Assembly: GCA_032718475.1 (NCBI GenBank)
Contig: JAUCBJ010002756.1
Coordinates: 43,314 to 107,313 of the forward strand
DNA from: Nemertoderma westbladi
Taxonomy: Eukaryota > Animalia > Xenacoelomorpha
Direction: 5' to 3'
Length of the DNA stretch: 64,000 bases
The position numbers were made by a program, and so were the translations under genes. The notes under the pieces were generated by a model. It had not been told where the DNA came from, made no database searches, and saw only the letters and a list, made by a program, of their open reading frames with translations. Shown here one piece after another: positions 10,688 to 23,954 of this stretch (position 1 is its first letter; the number at the start of each line of letters is the position of its first letter).

Positions 10688-12218
10688 CTATTTGCATAAA
10701 TTGACCCACCCCCTAACAGTGTCAATTCGCTAAGGCTCCGCCAACTTCGTGGCTCGCCCCACAATCTCATCAGCTAAGTGGAACTAAGTAAATTGAAAAC
10801 TTGAATCTTGAGAATGTCTGTGAATGAAACTGTATGCCTCAGAAGTGGAAAAGAATACAGGGGAACCGCCAGAAAGAGATCCGATCTCATCAACTGATTT
10901 CAGCAGTAATCCCATAAGTTTGAATTAATTGTGATCATGCATCGTATTTGCTCCTCACTTCCCACTCCGGAGGTGGAGTTCAATTGAAAGTCCACAAAAG
11001 GACAAGGAGAGTGAGCTGAGTGTCCTGCTACGCGGATTGTTCTTAAATAATTTTTCTAAGTCTTCTTCTATCGCGGTGTAACAGTCGATGGCATTCTTCC
11101 TCTCTCTTGGAGACCTCAGTAGGAACCACATTGAGCGCTATTGGTTTGAACAGCCTCCAACTGCAACCATTTTATTTCCCTTTATTCATTCAAAGTTGAC
11201 AAGTTGCTGATTCCCAGAGAAGGGATTTACAGGATTGCGTCAATTAATAGACCCCCATGTGTCAAATATATATGTAAAAAATTTTGAAAGGTTAAATTAT
11301 GAAAACATTTCTTGTGGAATTCAGGTAGGCCTAATTATTGCTCGCTATATTATGGCGAAAAATGACAGCAGTTAGCAGACACCAAATATGGGTTTAGTGG
11401 GTTCAAAAACTTAATTTAAGTTAATTAAAAACATTTGCGGACAAGAGTAGGTTACAGTGTATGGGCCGTGTTTGATAACCAAAACAGCAAACAAAACTTT
11501 ATTTCATATGCGACCAATTAGCGCTTGAGATTACTTCTTATTTCAATTGCGGCCAATATGGGCCACTATCTGGTTATATCATACACCGAACGTACATTAC
11601 AGTATTTCTGACACTGATATTTAATTAACTCCAAATTAATAAAGTTTCTGACAATCAAATTCAACAAAGTGAGAAAATTTTCAATGGAACATTAATAAAA
11701 ACCCTTAACCATATCGTCGCGGTTTGAATAGTCTGAATGCTTTGAACCGTTGTAATTATACGTAAATCCTTAAACCAAGGGGACCATTACAATATAATAA
11801 GCTGTGTCAGTATCCTACTAAAGATTTATAATTTATGCCAAAAAATTTAAAATAATTAGAGTCAACTTCTTGCTTTTTATCAAAATATATAAAGGTCATA
11901 AATTCCCGCCGATATTTCTTTGTAAATAGTTGACAATTTATCTAAACTCGATATCCCGTGGATTTAATTAATATAGTGATGGAAATTATGAGTAACTCGC
12001 TTGCCAAATATACTAGTATTTATTATATAAACCTATATGGCCTGTCGTACAGACCCATAAAGATAGGCGTACAAACAATGCGTCACGAAACAATTAAACC
12101 ACGCAGTAGATTAATCTCCATAGAGGCTTATTGTTTGGGTAAACAGAAACTAAACAACCGAATGTGTTAGAGATATCACCTTAAATAAATTGGAGTTCCA
12201 ACACTAAAGTTTTGTTCA

Positions 12219-12474
12219 AACCGTGGTGTAGCGGTTGTAATAAATTCATATCTCTACGGAGGTCGTGGGTTCGATTCGATCTCCACAGGGGGGGGGCCAG
12301 AGCAGTTTTCAAAGCAATGGCGCATTTCTTAAATGGTACCCGTAGCTACAGTAAATGAGCACTGGAGTTTCCTCTAGAGAGTATAGTTCTGGAGGGATCG
12401 AACTGGAAATAAGTCGTCCGACTTACCGAAAGAATAAAACTGTAATACTGAAACATTACCTTTTTTTACCTTTT
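12219..12474 (+). mobile_element. tRNA-derived SINE (family A)
   Basis: Pol III A box TGGTGTAGCGG (12224), B box GGTTCGATTC (12268), ~250 bp long, TTACCTTT-repeat tail. Confidence 0.75.
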
Positions 12475-12591
12475 AATCATTCAGGAAACTAGTTTCTTAT
12501 CCATGTATATCGCCATATTTAGCTTATTTATAACCAATTAATTAATTAACAAGAAATTAATTATTCTAACTAATTTAATTACTAAACTTAC

Positions 12592-12840
12592 TGAAAGGTT
12601 CTTGATTTCGAGCAACCGTAACATAGTCCAACTCTTTGCCAGAAAGGTAGAGTGTTCCTGAGTCCACCGGTAGAGGCGTTACATTTCGCGCAGTATATAC
12701 CTGGGGGTTCAACACGTCCGTTTAGAGCAACTGATTTAATAAAGGGTAGGAATATCCGCCGGGAGTCATAACGACCATCCGTCGTGTGTAGCGTTAAAGC
12801 CTGGACGTTCCGCATGGATTGACGGACTTGGCCCAGTAAT
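12592..12840 (-). CDS. Putative exon 4, with a CxxC-x19-CxxC motif
   Basis: Branch-like ACTAAT plus CCGTAG| acceptor; donor CA|GTAAGT; 249 bp, only one open frame (phase 2-2): LLGQVRQSMRNVQALTL...IYCAKC...LCYGCSKSRTF. Confidence 0.7.
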
Positions 12841-13377
12841 CTACGGATTTAATTAGTTTTACGCACATCATCAGATAATAATAATAATTTTTGTCTGCAG
12901 GAAAAAATCACTTTTTCACAGATCAGCGGACTGGCGTTAACTGATCACTGATTTCATGATTTCACCCGACAAGTGGTTCGCGGTTACTTTTTAGGTTTTA
13001 ATTAAATACCGAGTTAGTAGCCCTTTTTTGCGAAATTTAAACTTTACTTGGCGCTGCAACTACTGACAGCAGTTTGTTATATCTAACATTACAAAGAATG
13101 GCCACTTACATGGCGCTGTAATTACATGAGCTACGGACCCTAAAATTTATATAAAATTACAACAGGTAGTTATTTTTTATTTTAATTGGCCACAACCGTT
13201 TTCTACAACGATGTACTCCCTATCTATAATTAGTATGTTTACATTAATATGTTTGAGAAAATCCACAAACTTGTTGATAAATAAAGTTTCATAGCTCGCA
13301 CAGGTTTCACATGTTTTTAAACGTTCTGAAGGATTTATTGGTCAGACACAAACCCTAATAATTACCCCTAGACCAAA

Positions 13378-13640
13378 GCAGCAGCTTGGTCTAGTGGTGA
13401 CATTCCTGGGCCTCCACTCAGGAGGCACTGGTTCGATCCCTAGATGGGGCAGCATTATTTGGGCACAGTGCTTTAAATGCTGTAACCTAGCCCAAGCCTG
13501 GCTTTCATCCTTAACTGGTCGATAAATGGGAATCAAGGCAACTTGGGAATCAGAGTGGAAGGGTTTACTGTGGAAGATTCCTTGGCTTAACGAGCCTAAA
13601 AGTTTCTCCCATCTCCCATTCCGGTTACGTTGACAACTAC
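13378..13640 (+). mobile_element. tRNA-derived SINE (family B), possibly with a Meta-like core; 3' end approximate
   Basis: A box TGGTCTAGTGG (13387), B box GGTTCGATCC (13430). Central GCTTTCATCCTTAACTGGTCGATAAATG resembles, from memory, the conserved MetaSINE-type core. Confidence 0.75.
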
Positions 13641-14371
13641 AATATAAATAAATATTGCAGAAACACAAGAACCTTACCCATAGTACCAAAGTTCCCTAAA
13701 ACCACCTGAATAAGTATATACGATTTATTTTAGGAAACATTATTTACATAGTACCTCAATAAGCAAAAGTGTCCCTACTAGCATACAAAGGTTCATATAA
13801 AATTATGTTGTTAAAAAAAGGCGAAATATTTTAGGTGGAAATAAAATTTAATAATCTGAATTCATAGATCATCAAAATATAAAAAGTAGGCCTATGAAGC
13901 TAATATGGAAAAAATAATCTGATTAATGTAAATTCTTGCATTGGACTTTGAGATCTACTGAAGACCTCCTTACGAGAGGTCTGCATTAAATAAGTTATCA
14001 AGGGATGATGGGAATCACCTGGTACAATATCAAACCTTAACTGAAGGTAAGCTTATTGCGGATAGCAGTAAAGCCTGTGATACTATATGGCAGTCCCAGT
14101 TGGGCTCTTACTACAGGAATCACCAATCAGTTGACGATACATACATACAATGTTCAAACATGCTCTGCAAGGTTGAAAATTTAATGTTCTGCTCATTTAA
14201 CAAAAGTGGCATTGTACAAGCTTGGTAGTGACAAAGAATTACCAAAGCCCAGCAACACACTGCAGGATCTACGGATGGGACGAATGTGGGAGTTGCATGG
14301 CTGATCGCGAACTGTGGAAGTGTTGCATTGCAGGGCCAGCTGGTGATGCATCGCAAAGGTGTGGACGATGT

Positions 14372-14808
14372 AGGTATGTTTGCGCAGGGGAGGGGGATGG
14401 GTGTAAGTATGTATGCGCAGGGGAGCGGGATGGGTGTAAGTATGTATGCGCAGGGGAGGGTTGGTGTATGTATGTATGCGCAGGGGAGGGTTGGTGTATG
14501 TATGTATGCGCAGGGGAGGGTGATGGGTGTAAGTATGTATGCGCAGGGGAGGGGGTTGGGTGTATGTATGTATGCGCAGGGGAGGGTTGGTGTATGTATG
14601 TATGCGCAGGGGAGGGGGATGGGTGTATGTATGTATGCGCAGGGGAGGGTTGGTGTATGTATGTATGCGCAGGGGAGGGTGATGGGTGTAAGTATGTATG
14701 CGCAGGGGAGGGTTGGTGTATGTATGTATGCGCAGGGGAGGGTGATGGGTGTAAGTATGTATGCGCAGTGGGTGGCTAATAGTTATTGGCTAATGCGCAG
14801 GGGGAGGC
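14372..14808. repeat. G-rich 30/33-bp minisatellite, ~13 copies
   Basis: TATGTATGCGCAGGGGAGGGTTGGTGTATG and a 33-bp variant ...GAGGGTGATGGGTGTAAG. Confidence 0.95.
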
Positions 14809-14889
14809 TAGTTATGTACAAATTATGTAGGGATAACATGTGATTTTATTACTTTCATTTATTTATAGCGACAAACCGACGTCACCAAC

Positions 14890-15119
14890 CTTCGTCTAGT
14901 CATCCTCATCAAAAACAAAGCCCTGTTCCTTCTGCTACTCATATCGTCAATAAACGTGAGTAACCTAGGCAACACAACCTTGCGCATCTTCCAGTTAAGT
15001 ATCGGATCTGTAGGTTTGGTATACCCTACGTCTTTGTGGTAGACTTGATTCGGAGCCGCTGATTGATTACCATGCATATCTATCCTCAAATTAGAATCGA
15101 GGGATCTACGCCTCATTCT
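14890..15119 (-). CDS. Putative exon 3
   Basis: Acceptor AATTTTACTTGCAG|; donor AG|GTTGGT; 230 bp, phase 0-2, open frame RMRRRSLDSNLRIDMHG...ALFLMRMTRR. Confidence 0.65.
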
Positions 15120-15148
15120 CTGCAAGTAAAATTATTAGCTGTGCAGCT

Positions 15149-18100
15149 GTGGATGGAAAGGGGAGCGAACCAATAGGTGGAAAGGGGAACGAATTAATGG
15201 ATGGAAAGGGGAACGAATTAATGGATGGAAAGCGGAACGAAATAATGGGTGGAAAGGGGAACGAAATAATGGGTGGAAAGGGGAACGAAATAATGGGTGG
15301 AAAGGGGAACGAAATAATGGGTGGAAAGGGGAACGAAATAATGGGTGGAAAGGGGAACGAAATAATGGGTGGAAAGGGGAACGAAATAATGGGTGGAAAG
15401 GGGAGCGAAATAATGGGTGGAAAGGGGAACGAAGATAATGGGTGGAAAGGGGAACGAAATAATGGGTGGAAAGGGGAACGAAATAATGGGTGGAAAGGAG
15501 AGCGAAACAATGGGTGGAAAGGGGAGCGAAATAATGGGTGGAAAGGGGAACGAAATAATGGGTGGAAAGGGGAACGAAATAATGGGTGGAAAGGGGAACG
15601 AAATAATGGGTGGAAAGGGGAGCGAAATAATGGGTGGAAAGGGGAACGAGATAATGGGTGGAAAGGGGAACGAAATAATGGGTGGAAAGGGGAACGAAAT
15701 AATGGGTGGAAAGGGGAACGAAATAATGGGTGGAAAGGGGAACGAAATAATGGGTGGAAAGGGGAACGAAATAATGGGTGGAAAGGGGAGCGAAATAATG
15801 GGTGGAAAGGGGAACGAAATAATGGGTGGAAAGGGGAACGAAATAATGGGTGGAAACGGGAACGAAATAATGGGTGGAAAGGGGAACGAAATAATGGGTG
15901 GAAAGGAGAGCGAAACAATGGGTGGAAAGGGGAACGAAATAATGGGTGGAAAGGGGAACGAAATAATGGGTGGAAAGGGGAACGAAATAATGGTGGAAAG
16001 GGGAACGAAATAATGGGTGGAAAGGGGAGCGAAATAATAGGTGGAAAGGGGAACGAAATAATGGGTGGAAAGGGGAACGAAATAATGGGTGGAAAGGAGA
16101 GCGAAACAATGGGTGGAAAGGGGAGCGAAATAATGGGTGGAAAGGGGAGCGAAATAATAGGTGGAAACGGGAACGAAATAATGGGTGGAAAGGGGAACGA
16201 AATAATGGGTGGAAAGGGGAACGAAATAATGGGTGGAAAGGGGAACGAAATAATGGGTGGAAAGGGGAGCGAAATAATGGGTGGAAAGGGGAACGAGATA
16301 ATGGGTGGAAAGGGGAACGAAATAATGGGTGGAAAGGGGAACGAAATAATGGGTGGAAAGGAGAGCGAAACAATGGGTGGAAAGGGGAGCGAAATAATGG
16401 GTGGAAAGGGGAACGAGATAATGGGTGGAAAGGGGAACGAAATAATAGGTGGAAACGGGAACGAAATAATGGGTGGAAAGGGGAACGAAATAATGGGTGG
16501 AAAGGAGAGCGAAACAATGGGTGGAAAGGGGAGCGAAATAATGGGTGGAAAGGGGAGCGAAATAATAGGTGGAAACGGGAACGAAATAATGGGTGGAAAG
16601 GGGAACGAAATAATGGGTGGAAAGGGGAACGAAATAATGGGTGGAAAGGGGAACGAAATAATGGGTGGAAAGGGGAGCGAAATAATGGGTGGAAAGGGGA
16701 ACGAGATAATGGGTGGAAAGGGGAACGAAATAATGGGTGGAAAGGGGAACGAAATAATGGGTGGAAAGGAGAGCGAAACAATGGGTGGAAAGGGGAGCGA
16801 AATAATGGGTGGAAAGGGGAACGAGATAATGGGTGGAAAGGGGAACGAAATAATGGATGGAAAGGGGAACGAAATAATGGGTGGAAAGGGGAGCGAAATA
16901 ATGGGTGGAAAGGGGAACGAAATAATGGGTGGAAAGGGGAACGAAATAATGGGTGGAAAGGGGAACGAAATAATGGGTGGAAAGGGGAACGAAATAATGG
17001 GTGGAAAGGGGAACGAAATAATGGGTGGAAAGGGGAACGAAATAATGGGTGGAAAGGGGAGCGAAATAATGGGTGGAAAGGGGAACGAAATAATGGGTGG
17101 AAAGGGGAACGAAATAATAGGTGGAAACGGGAACGAAATAATGGGTGGAAAGGGGAGCGAAATAATGGGTGGAAAGGGGAACGAAATAATGGGTGGAAAG
17201 GGGAACGAAATAATAGGTGGAAACGGGAACGAAATAATGGGTGGAAAGGGGAACGAAATAATGGGTGGAAACGGGAACGAAATAATGGGTGGAAAGGGGA
17301 ACGAAATAATGGGTGGAAAGGGGAGCGAAACAATGGGTGGAAAGGGGAGCGAAATAATGGGTGGAAAGGGGAACGAAATAATGGGTGGAAAGGGGAACGA
17401 AATAATGGGTGGAAAGGAGAGCGAAACAATGGGTGGAAAGGGGAGCGAAATAATGGGTGGAAAGGGGAACGAGATAATGGGTGGAAAGGGGAACGAAATA
17501 ATCGGTGGAAAGGGGAACGAAATAATGGGTGGAAAGGGGAACGAAGTAATGGGTGGAAAGGAGAGCGAAACAATGGGTGGAAAGGGGAGCGAAATAATGG
17601 GTGGAAAGGGGAACGAAATAATGGGTGGAAAGGGGAACGAAATAATGGGTGGAAAGGAGAGCGAAACAATGGGTGGAAAGGGGAGCGAAATAATGGGTGG
17701 AAAGGGGAACGAGATAATGGGTGGAAAGGGGAACGAAATAATGGGTGGAAAGGGGAACGAAATAATGGGTGGAAAGGGGAACGAAATAATGGGTGGAAAG
17801 GGGAACGAAATAATCGGTGGAAAGGGGAACGAAATAATGGGTGGAAAGGGGAACGAAATAATGGGTGGAAAGGGGAACGAAGTAATGGGTGGAAAGGGGA
17901 GCGAAATAATGGGTGGAAAGGGGAACGAAGTAATGGGTGGAAAGGGGAACGAAGTAATGGGTGGAAAGGGGAACGAGATAATGGGTGGAAAGGGGAACGA
18001 AATAATCGGTGGAAAGGGGAACGAAATAATGGGTGGAAAGGGGAACGAAGTAATGGGTGGAAAGGGGAACGAAATAATCGGTGGAAAGGGGAACGAAATA

Positions 18101-21100
18101 ATGGGTGGAAAGGGGAACGAAGTAATGGGTGGAAAGGGGAACGAAGTAATGGGTGGAAAGGGGAGCGAAATAATGGGTGGAAAGGGGAACGAAAAAGTGG
18201 GTGGAAAGGGGAACGAAATAATGGGTGGAAAGGGGAACGAAATAATGGGTGGAAAGGGGAACGAGATAATGGGTGGAAAGGGGAACGAAGTAATGGGTGG
18301 AAAGGGGAGCGAAATAATGGGTGGAAAGGGGAACGAAATAATGGGTGGAAAGGGGAGCGAAATAATGGGTGGAAAGGGGAACGAGATAATGGGTGGAAAG
18401 GGGAACGAAGTAATGGGTGGAAAGGGGAGCGAAATAATGGGTGGAAAGGGGGTCGAAATAATGGGTGGAAAGGGGAACGAAATAATGGGTGGAAAGGGGA
18501 ACGAGATAATGGGTGGAAAGGGGAACAAAGTAATGGGTGGAAAGGGGAACGAGATAATGGGTGGAAAGGGGAACAAAGTAATGGGTGGAAAGGGGAACGA
18601 GATAATGGGTGGAAAGGGGAACGAAATAATGGGTGGAAAGGGGAACGAGATAATGGGTGGAAAGGGGAACAAAGTAATGGGTGGAAAGGGGAACGAGATA
18701 ATGGGTGGAAAGGGGAACAAAGTAATGGGTGGAAAGGGGAACGAGATAATGGGTGGAAAGGGGAACGAAATAATGGGTGGAAAGGGGAACGAAGTAATGG
18801 GTGGAAAGGGAAGCGAAATAATGGGTGGAAAGGGGAACGAGATAATGGGTGGAAAGGGGAGCGAAATAATGGGTGGAAAGGGGAACGAAATAATGGGTGG
18901 AAAGGGGAACGAAATAATGGGTGGAAAGGGGAACGAGATAATGGGTGGAAAGGGGAACAAAGTAATGGGTGGAAAGGGGAACGAGATAATGGGTGGAAAG
19001 GGGAACGAAATAATGGGTGGAAAGGGGAACGAAATAATGGGTGGAAAAGGGGAGCGAGATAATGGGTGGAAAAGGGAACGAAATAATCGGTGGAAAGGGG
19101 AACGAAATAATGGGTGGAAATGGAAACAAAATAATGGGTGGAAAGGGGAACAAAATAATGGGTGGAAAGGGGAACAAAATAATGGGTGGAAAGGGGAGCG
19201 AAATAATGGGTGGAAAGGGGAACGAGATAATGGGTGGAAAGGGGAACGAAATAATGGGTGGAAATGGGAACAAAATAATGGGTGAAAAGGGGAGCGAAAT
19301 AATGGGTGGAAATGGAAACGAAATAATGGGTGGAAAGGGGAACGAGATAATGGGTGGAAAGGGGAACGAGATAATGGGTGGAAAGGGGAACGAGATAATG
19401 GGTGGAAAAGGGAACGAAATAATCGGTGGAAAGGGGAACGAAATAATGGATGGAAAGGGGAGCGAAATAATGGGTGGAAAGGGGAACGAGATAATGGGTG
19501 GAAAGGGGAGCGAAATAATGGGTGAAAAGGGTAACGAGATAATGGATGGAAAGGGGAACGAAATAATGGGTGGAAAGGGGAGCGAAATAATGGGTGGAAA
19601 GGAGAGCGAAACAATGGTTGGAAAGGGGAACGAGATAATGGGTGGAAATGGAAACGAAATAATGGGTGGAAATGGAAACGAAATAATGGGTGGGAAGGGG
19701 AGCGAAATAATAGGTGGAAAGGGGAACGAAATAATGGGTGGAAAGGGGAACGAAATAATGGGTGGAAAGGGAAGCGAAATAATGGGTGGAAAGGGGAACG
19801 AAATAATGGGTGGAAAGGGGAACAAAATAATGGGTGGAAAGGGGAACGAAATAATAGGTGGAAAGGGGAACGAAATAATGGGTGGAAAGGGGAACGAAAT
19901 AATGGGTGGAAAGGGAAGCGAAATAATGGGTGGAAAGGGGAACGAAATAATGGGTGGAAAGGGGAACAAAATAATGGGTGGAAAGGGAAGCGAAATAATG
20001 GGTGGAAAGGGGAACGAGATAATGGGTGGAAAGGGGAACGAAATAATCGGTGGAAAGGGGAACGAAATAATGGGTGGAAAGGGGAACGAGATAATGGGTG
20101 GAAAGGGGGTCGAAATAATGGGTGGAAAGGGGAACGAAGTAATGGTTGGAAAGGGGAGCGAAATAATGGGTGGAAAGGGGAACGAAATAATGGGTGGAAA
20201 AGGGGAGCGAGATAATGGGTGGAAAGGGGAACGAAATAATGGGTGGAAAGGGGAACGAGATAATGGGTGGAAAGGGGAGCGAAATAATGGGCGGAAAGGG
20301 GACCGAAATAATGGGTGGAAAGGGGAACAAAATAATGGGTGGAAAGGGAAGCGAAATAATGGGTGGAAAGGGGAACGAGATAATGGGTGGAAAGGGGAAC
20401 GAAATAATCGGTGGAAAGGGGAACGAAATAATGGGTGGAAAGGGGAACGAGATAATGGGTGGAAAGGGGAACGAAATAATCGGTGGAAAGGGGAACGAAA
20501 TAATGGGTGGAAAGGGGAACGAAGTAATGGGTGGAAAGGGGAACGAGATAATGGGTGGAAAGGGGAACGAGATAATGGGTGGAAAGGGGAACGAAGTAAT
20601 GGGTGGAAAGGGGAGCGAAATAATGGGTGGAAAGGGGAACGAAATAATGGGTGGAAAGGGGAACAAAATAATGGGTGGAAAGGGAAGCGAAATAATGGGT
20701 GGAAAGGGGAACGAGATAATGGGTGGAAAGGGGAACGAAGTAATGGGTGGAAAGGGGAGCGAAATAATGGGTGGAAAGGGGGTCGAAATAATGGGTGGAA
20801 AGGGGAACGAAGTAATGGTTGGAAAGGGGAGCGAAATAATGGGTGGAAAGGGGAACGAAATAATGGGTGGAAAAGGGGAGCGAGATAATGGGTGGAAAGG
20901 GGAACGAAATAATGGGTGGAAAGGGGAACGAAATAATGGGTGGAAAGGGGAACGAAATAATGGGTGGAAAGGGGAACGAAATAATGGGTGGAAAGGGGAG
21001 CGAAATAATGGGTGGAAAGGGGAACGAAATAATGGGTGGAAAGGGGAACGAGATAATGGGTGGAAAGGGGAACAAAGTAATGGTTGGAAAGGGGGTCGAA

Positions 21101-23762
21101 ATAATGGGTGGAAAGGGGAACGAAGTAATGGTTGGAAAGGGGAGCGAAATAATGGGTGGAAAGGGGAACGAAATAATGGGTGGAAAGGGGAACGAAATAA
21201 TGGGTGGAAAGGGGAACGAAATAATGGGTGGAAAGGGGAACGAAATAATGGGTGGAAAGGGGAGCGAAATAATGGGTGGAAAGGGGAACGAAATAATGGG
21301 TGGAAAGGGGAGCGAAATAATGGGTGGAAAGGGGAACGAAATAATGGGTGGAAAGGGGAACAAAATAATGGGTGGAAAGGGAAGCGAAATAATGGGTGGA
21401 AAGGGGAACGAAATAATGGGTGGAAAGGGGAACGAAATAATGGGTGAAAAGGGGAACAAAATAGTGGGTGGAAAGGGGAACGAAATAATGGGAGGAAAGG
21501 GGAAAGAAATAATGGATGGAAAGGGGAGCGAAATAATGGGTGGAAAGGGGAACGAAATAATGGGTGGAAAGGGGAGCGAAATAATGGGTGGAAAGGGGAA
21601 CGAAATAATGGGTGGAAAGGGGAACGAAAAAGTTGGTGGAAAGGGGAACGAAATAATGGGTGGAAAAGGGGAGCGAGATAATGGGTGGAAAGGGGAACGA
21701 AATAATGGGTGGAAAGGGGAACGAAATAATGGGTGGAAAGGGGAACAAAATAATGGGTGGAAAGGGAAGCGAAATAATGGGTGGAAAGGGGAGCGAGATA
21801 ATGGGTGGAAAAGGGAACGAAATAATCGGTGGAAAGGGGAACAAATAATGGGTGGAAAGGGGAACGAAATAATGGGTGGAAAGGGGGACGAAATAATGGG
21901 TGGAAAAGGGAACGAAATAATCGGTGGAAAGGGGAACGAAATAATGGGTGGAAAGGGGAACGAAATAATGGGTGGAAAGGGGAACGAGATAATGGGTGGA
22001 AAGGGGAACGAAATAATGGGTGGAAAGGGGAGCGAAATAATGGGTGGAAAGGGGAACGAAATAATGGGTGGAAAGGGGAACAAAATAATGGGTGGAAAGG
22101 GAAGCGAAATAATGGGTGGAAAGGGGAACGAGATAATGGGTGGAAAGGGGAACGAAGTAGTGGGTGGAAAGGGGAACGAAATAATGGGAGGAAAGGGGAA
22201 AGAAATAATGGGTGGAAAAGGGAACGAAATAATCGGTGGAAAGGGGAACGAAATAATGGGTGGAAAGGGGAACGAAATAATGGGTGGAAAGGGGAACGAA
22301 ATAATGGGTGGAAAGGGGAACGAAATAATGGGTGGAAAGGGGAGCGAAATAATGGGTGGAAAGGGGAACGAGATAATGGGTGGAAAGGGGAACGAAGTAA
22401 TGGGTGGAAAGGGGAACGAAATAATGGGTGGAAAGGGGAACGAAATAATGGGTGGAAAAGGGAACGAAATAATCGGTGGAAAGGGGAACGAAATAATGGG
22501 TGGAAAGGGGAACGAAATAATGGGTGGAAAGGGGAACGAGATAATGGGTGGAAAGGGGAACGAAATAATGGGTGGAAAGTGGAACGAAATAATGGGTGGA
22601 AAGGGGAACGAAATAATGGGTGGAAAGGGGAACGAAATAATGGGTGGAAAGGGGAGCGAAATAATGGGTGGAAAGGGGAACGAAATAATGGGTGGAAAGG
22701 GGAACGAAAAAGTGGGTGGAAAGGGGAACGAAATAATGGGTGGAAATGGGAACAAAATAATGGGTGGAAAGGGGAGCGAAATAATGGGTGGAAAGGGGTA
22801 TGAATAATGGGTGGAAAGGGGAGCGAAATATTGGGTGGAAAGGGGAACGAAATAATGGGTGGAAAGGGGAACGAAATAATGGGTGGAAAGGGGAACGAAA
22901 TAATGGGTGGAAAGGGGAACGAGATAATGGGTGGAAAGGGGAACGAAAAAATGGGTGGAAAGGGGAACGAAATAATGGGTGGAAATGAAAACGAAATAAT
23001 GGGTGGAAAGGGGAACAAAATAATGGGTGGAAAGGGGAATGAAATAATGGGTGGAAAGGGGAACGAAATAATGGATGGAAAGGGGAGCGAAATATTGGGT
23101 GGAAAGGGGAACGAAATAATGGGTGGAAAGGGGAACGAAAAAGTGGGTGGAAAGGGGAACGAAATAATGGGTGGAAAGGGGAACGAAAAAGTTGGTGGAA
23201 AGGGGAACGAAATTATGGGTGGAAATGGAAACGAAATAATGGGTGGAAAGGGGAACAAAATAATGGGTGGAAAGGGGAATGAAATAATGGGTGGAAAGGG
23301 GAACGAAATAATGGGTGGAAAGGGGAGCAAAATATTGGGTGGAAAGGGGAACGAAATAATGGGTGGAAAGGGGAACGAAAAAGTGGGTGGAAAGGGGAAC
23401 GAAATAATGGGTGGAAAGGGGAACGAAAAAGTTGGTGGAAAGGGGAACGAAATAATGGGTGGAAATGGAAACGAAATAATGGGTGGAAAGGGGAACAAAA
23501 TAATGGGTGGAAAGGGGAATGAAATAATGGGTGGAAAGGGGAACGAAATAATGGGTGGAAAGGGGAGCGAAATATTGGGTGGAAAGGGGAAAGAAATAAT
23601 GGGTGGAAAGGGGAACGAAATAATGGGTGGAAAGGGGAACGAAATAATGGATGGAAAGGGGAACGAGATAATGGGTGGAAAGGGGAACGAAATAATGGGT
23701 GGAAATGGAAACGAAATAATGGGTGGAAAGGGGAACGAGATAATGGGTGGAAAGGGGAACGA
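15149..23762. repeat. 24-bp purine-rich satellite, ~8.6 kb, ~360 copies
   Basis: Unit GGGTGGAAAGGGGAACGAAATAAT with recurrent point variants and occasional 1-bp indels. Confidence 0.99.
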
Positions 23763-23954
23763 CAACTAACAATTAGTCGAATGAGCAATGCAAATAAACG
23801 AATATGTCAGTGGTTCTTTTGATTTGATAAAGACTAAGACGATGGAAAGTAATGGGTATAAATACATAAAATATATATATATAACAAAGAAAATCAGCAT
23901 ACAGTACATATAAAATGTCAACAACCGTTACATGTATAAGAAGACCACAGTTAC

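Larger units (their letters stand above)
9160..10765 (+). mobile_element. Non-autonomous HINE/Helentron-like (DINE-1/pearl-type) element; boundaries approximate
   Basis: Central tandem repeats, then an (ACG)n microsatellite, then a short GC-rich imperfect hairpin (GCCAACTTCGTGGC). ACGAAGT at 9161 is the inverse of ACTTCGT at 10744. Confidence 0.55.

Noticed and set aside
10567-10770. Poly-Arg, protamine-like ORF
   Set aside because: It is the translation of the (ACG)n microsatellite.
12219-13450. tRNA genes at ~12220 and ~13380
   Set aside because: A and B boxes are present but no complete cloverleaf could be folded, and both continue into SINE-like bodies.
14222-14843. Cys-rich repeat ORF (CAGEGWCMYV)n resembling a metallothionein or keratin-associated protein
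   Set aside because: It coincides with a 30/33-bp minisatellite open in two frames, begins at a non-ATG codon and lies antisense within a predicted intron.
15149-23762. Telomeric repeat
   Set aside because: G-rich, but the 24-bp unit lacks TTAGGG/TTAGG and is flanked by unique sequence on both sides.
15106-23788. Giant ORFs up to 2888 aa (FPFPPIIS, HYFVPLST, GGKGNEIM repeats)
   Set aside because: A 24-bp unit without stops opens five of six frames, and 1-bp indels switch peptides freely. This is a satellite artefact.
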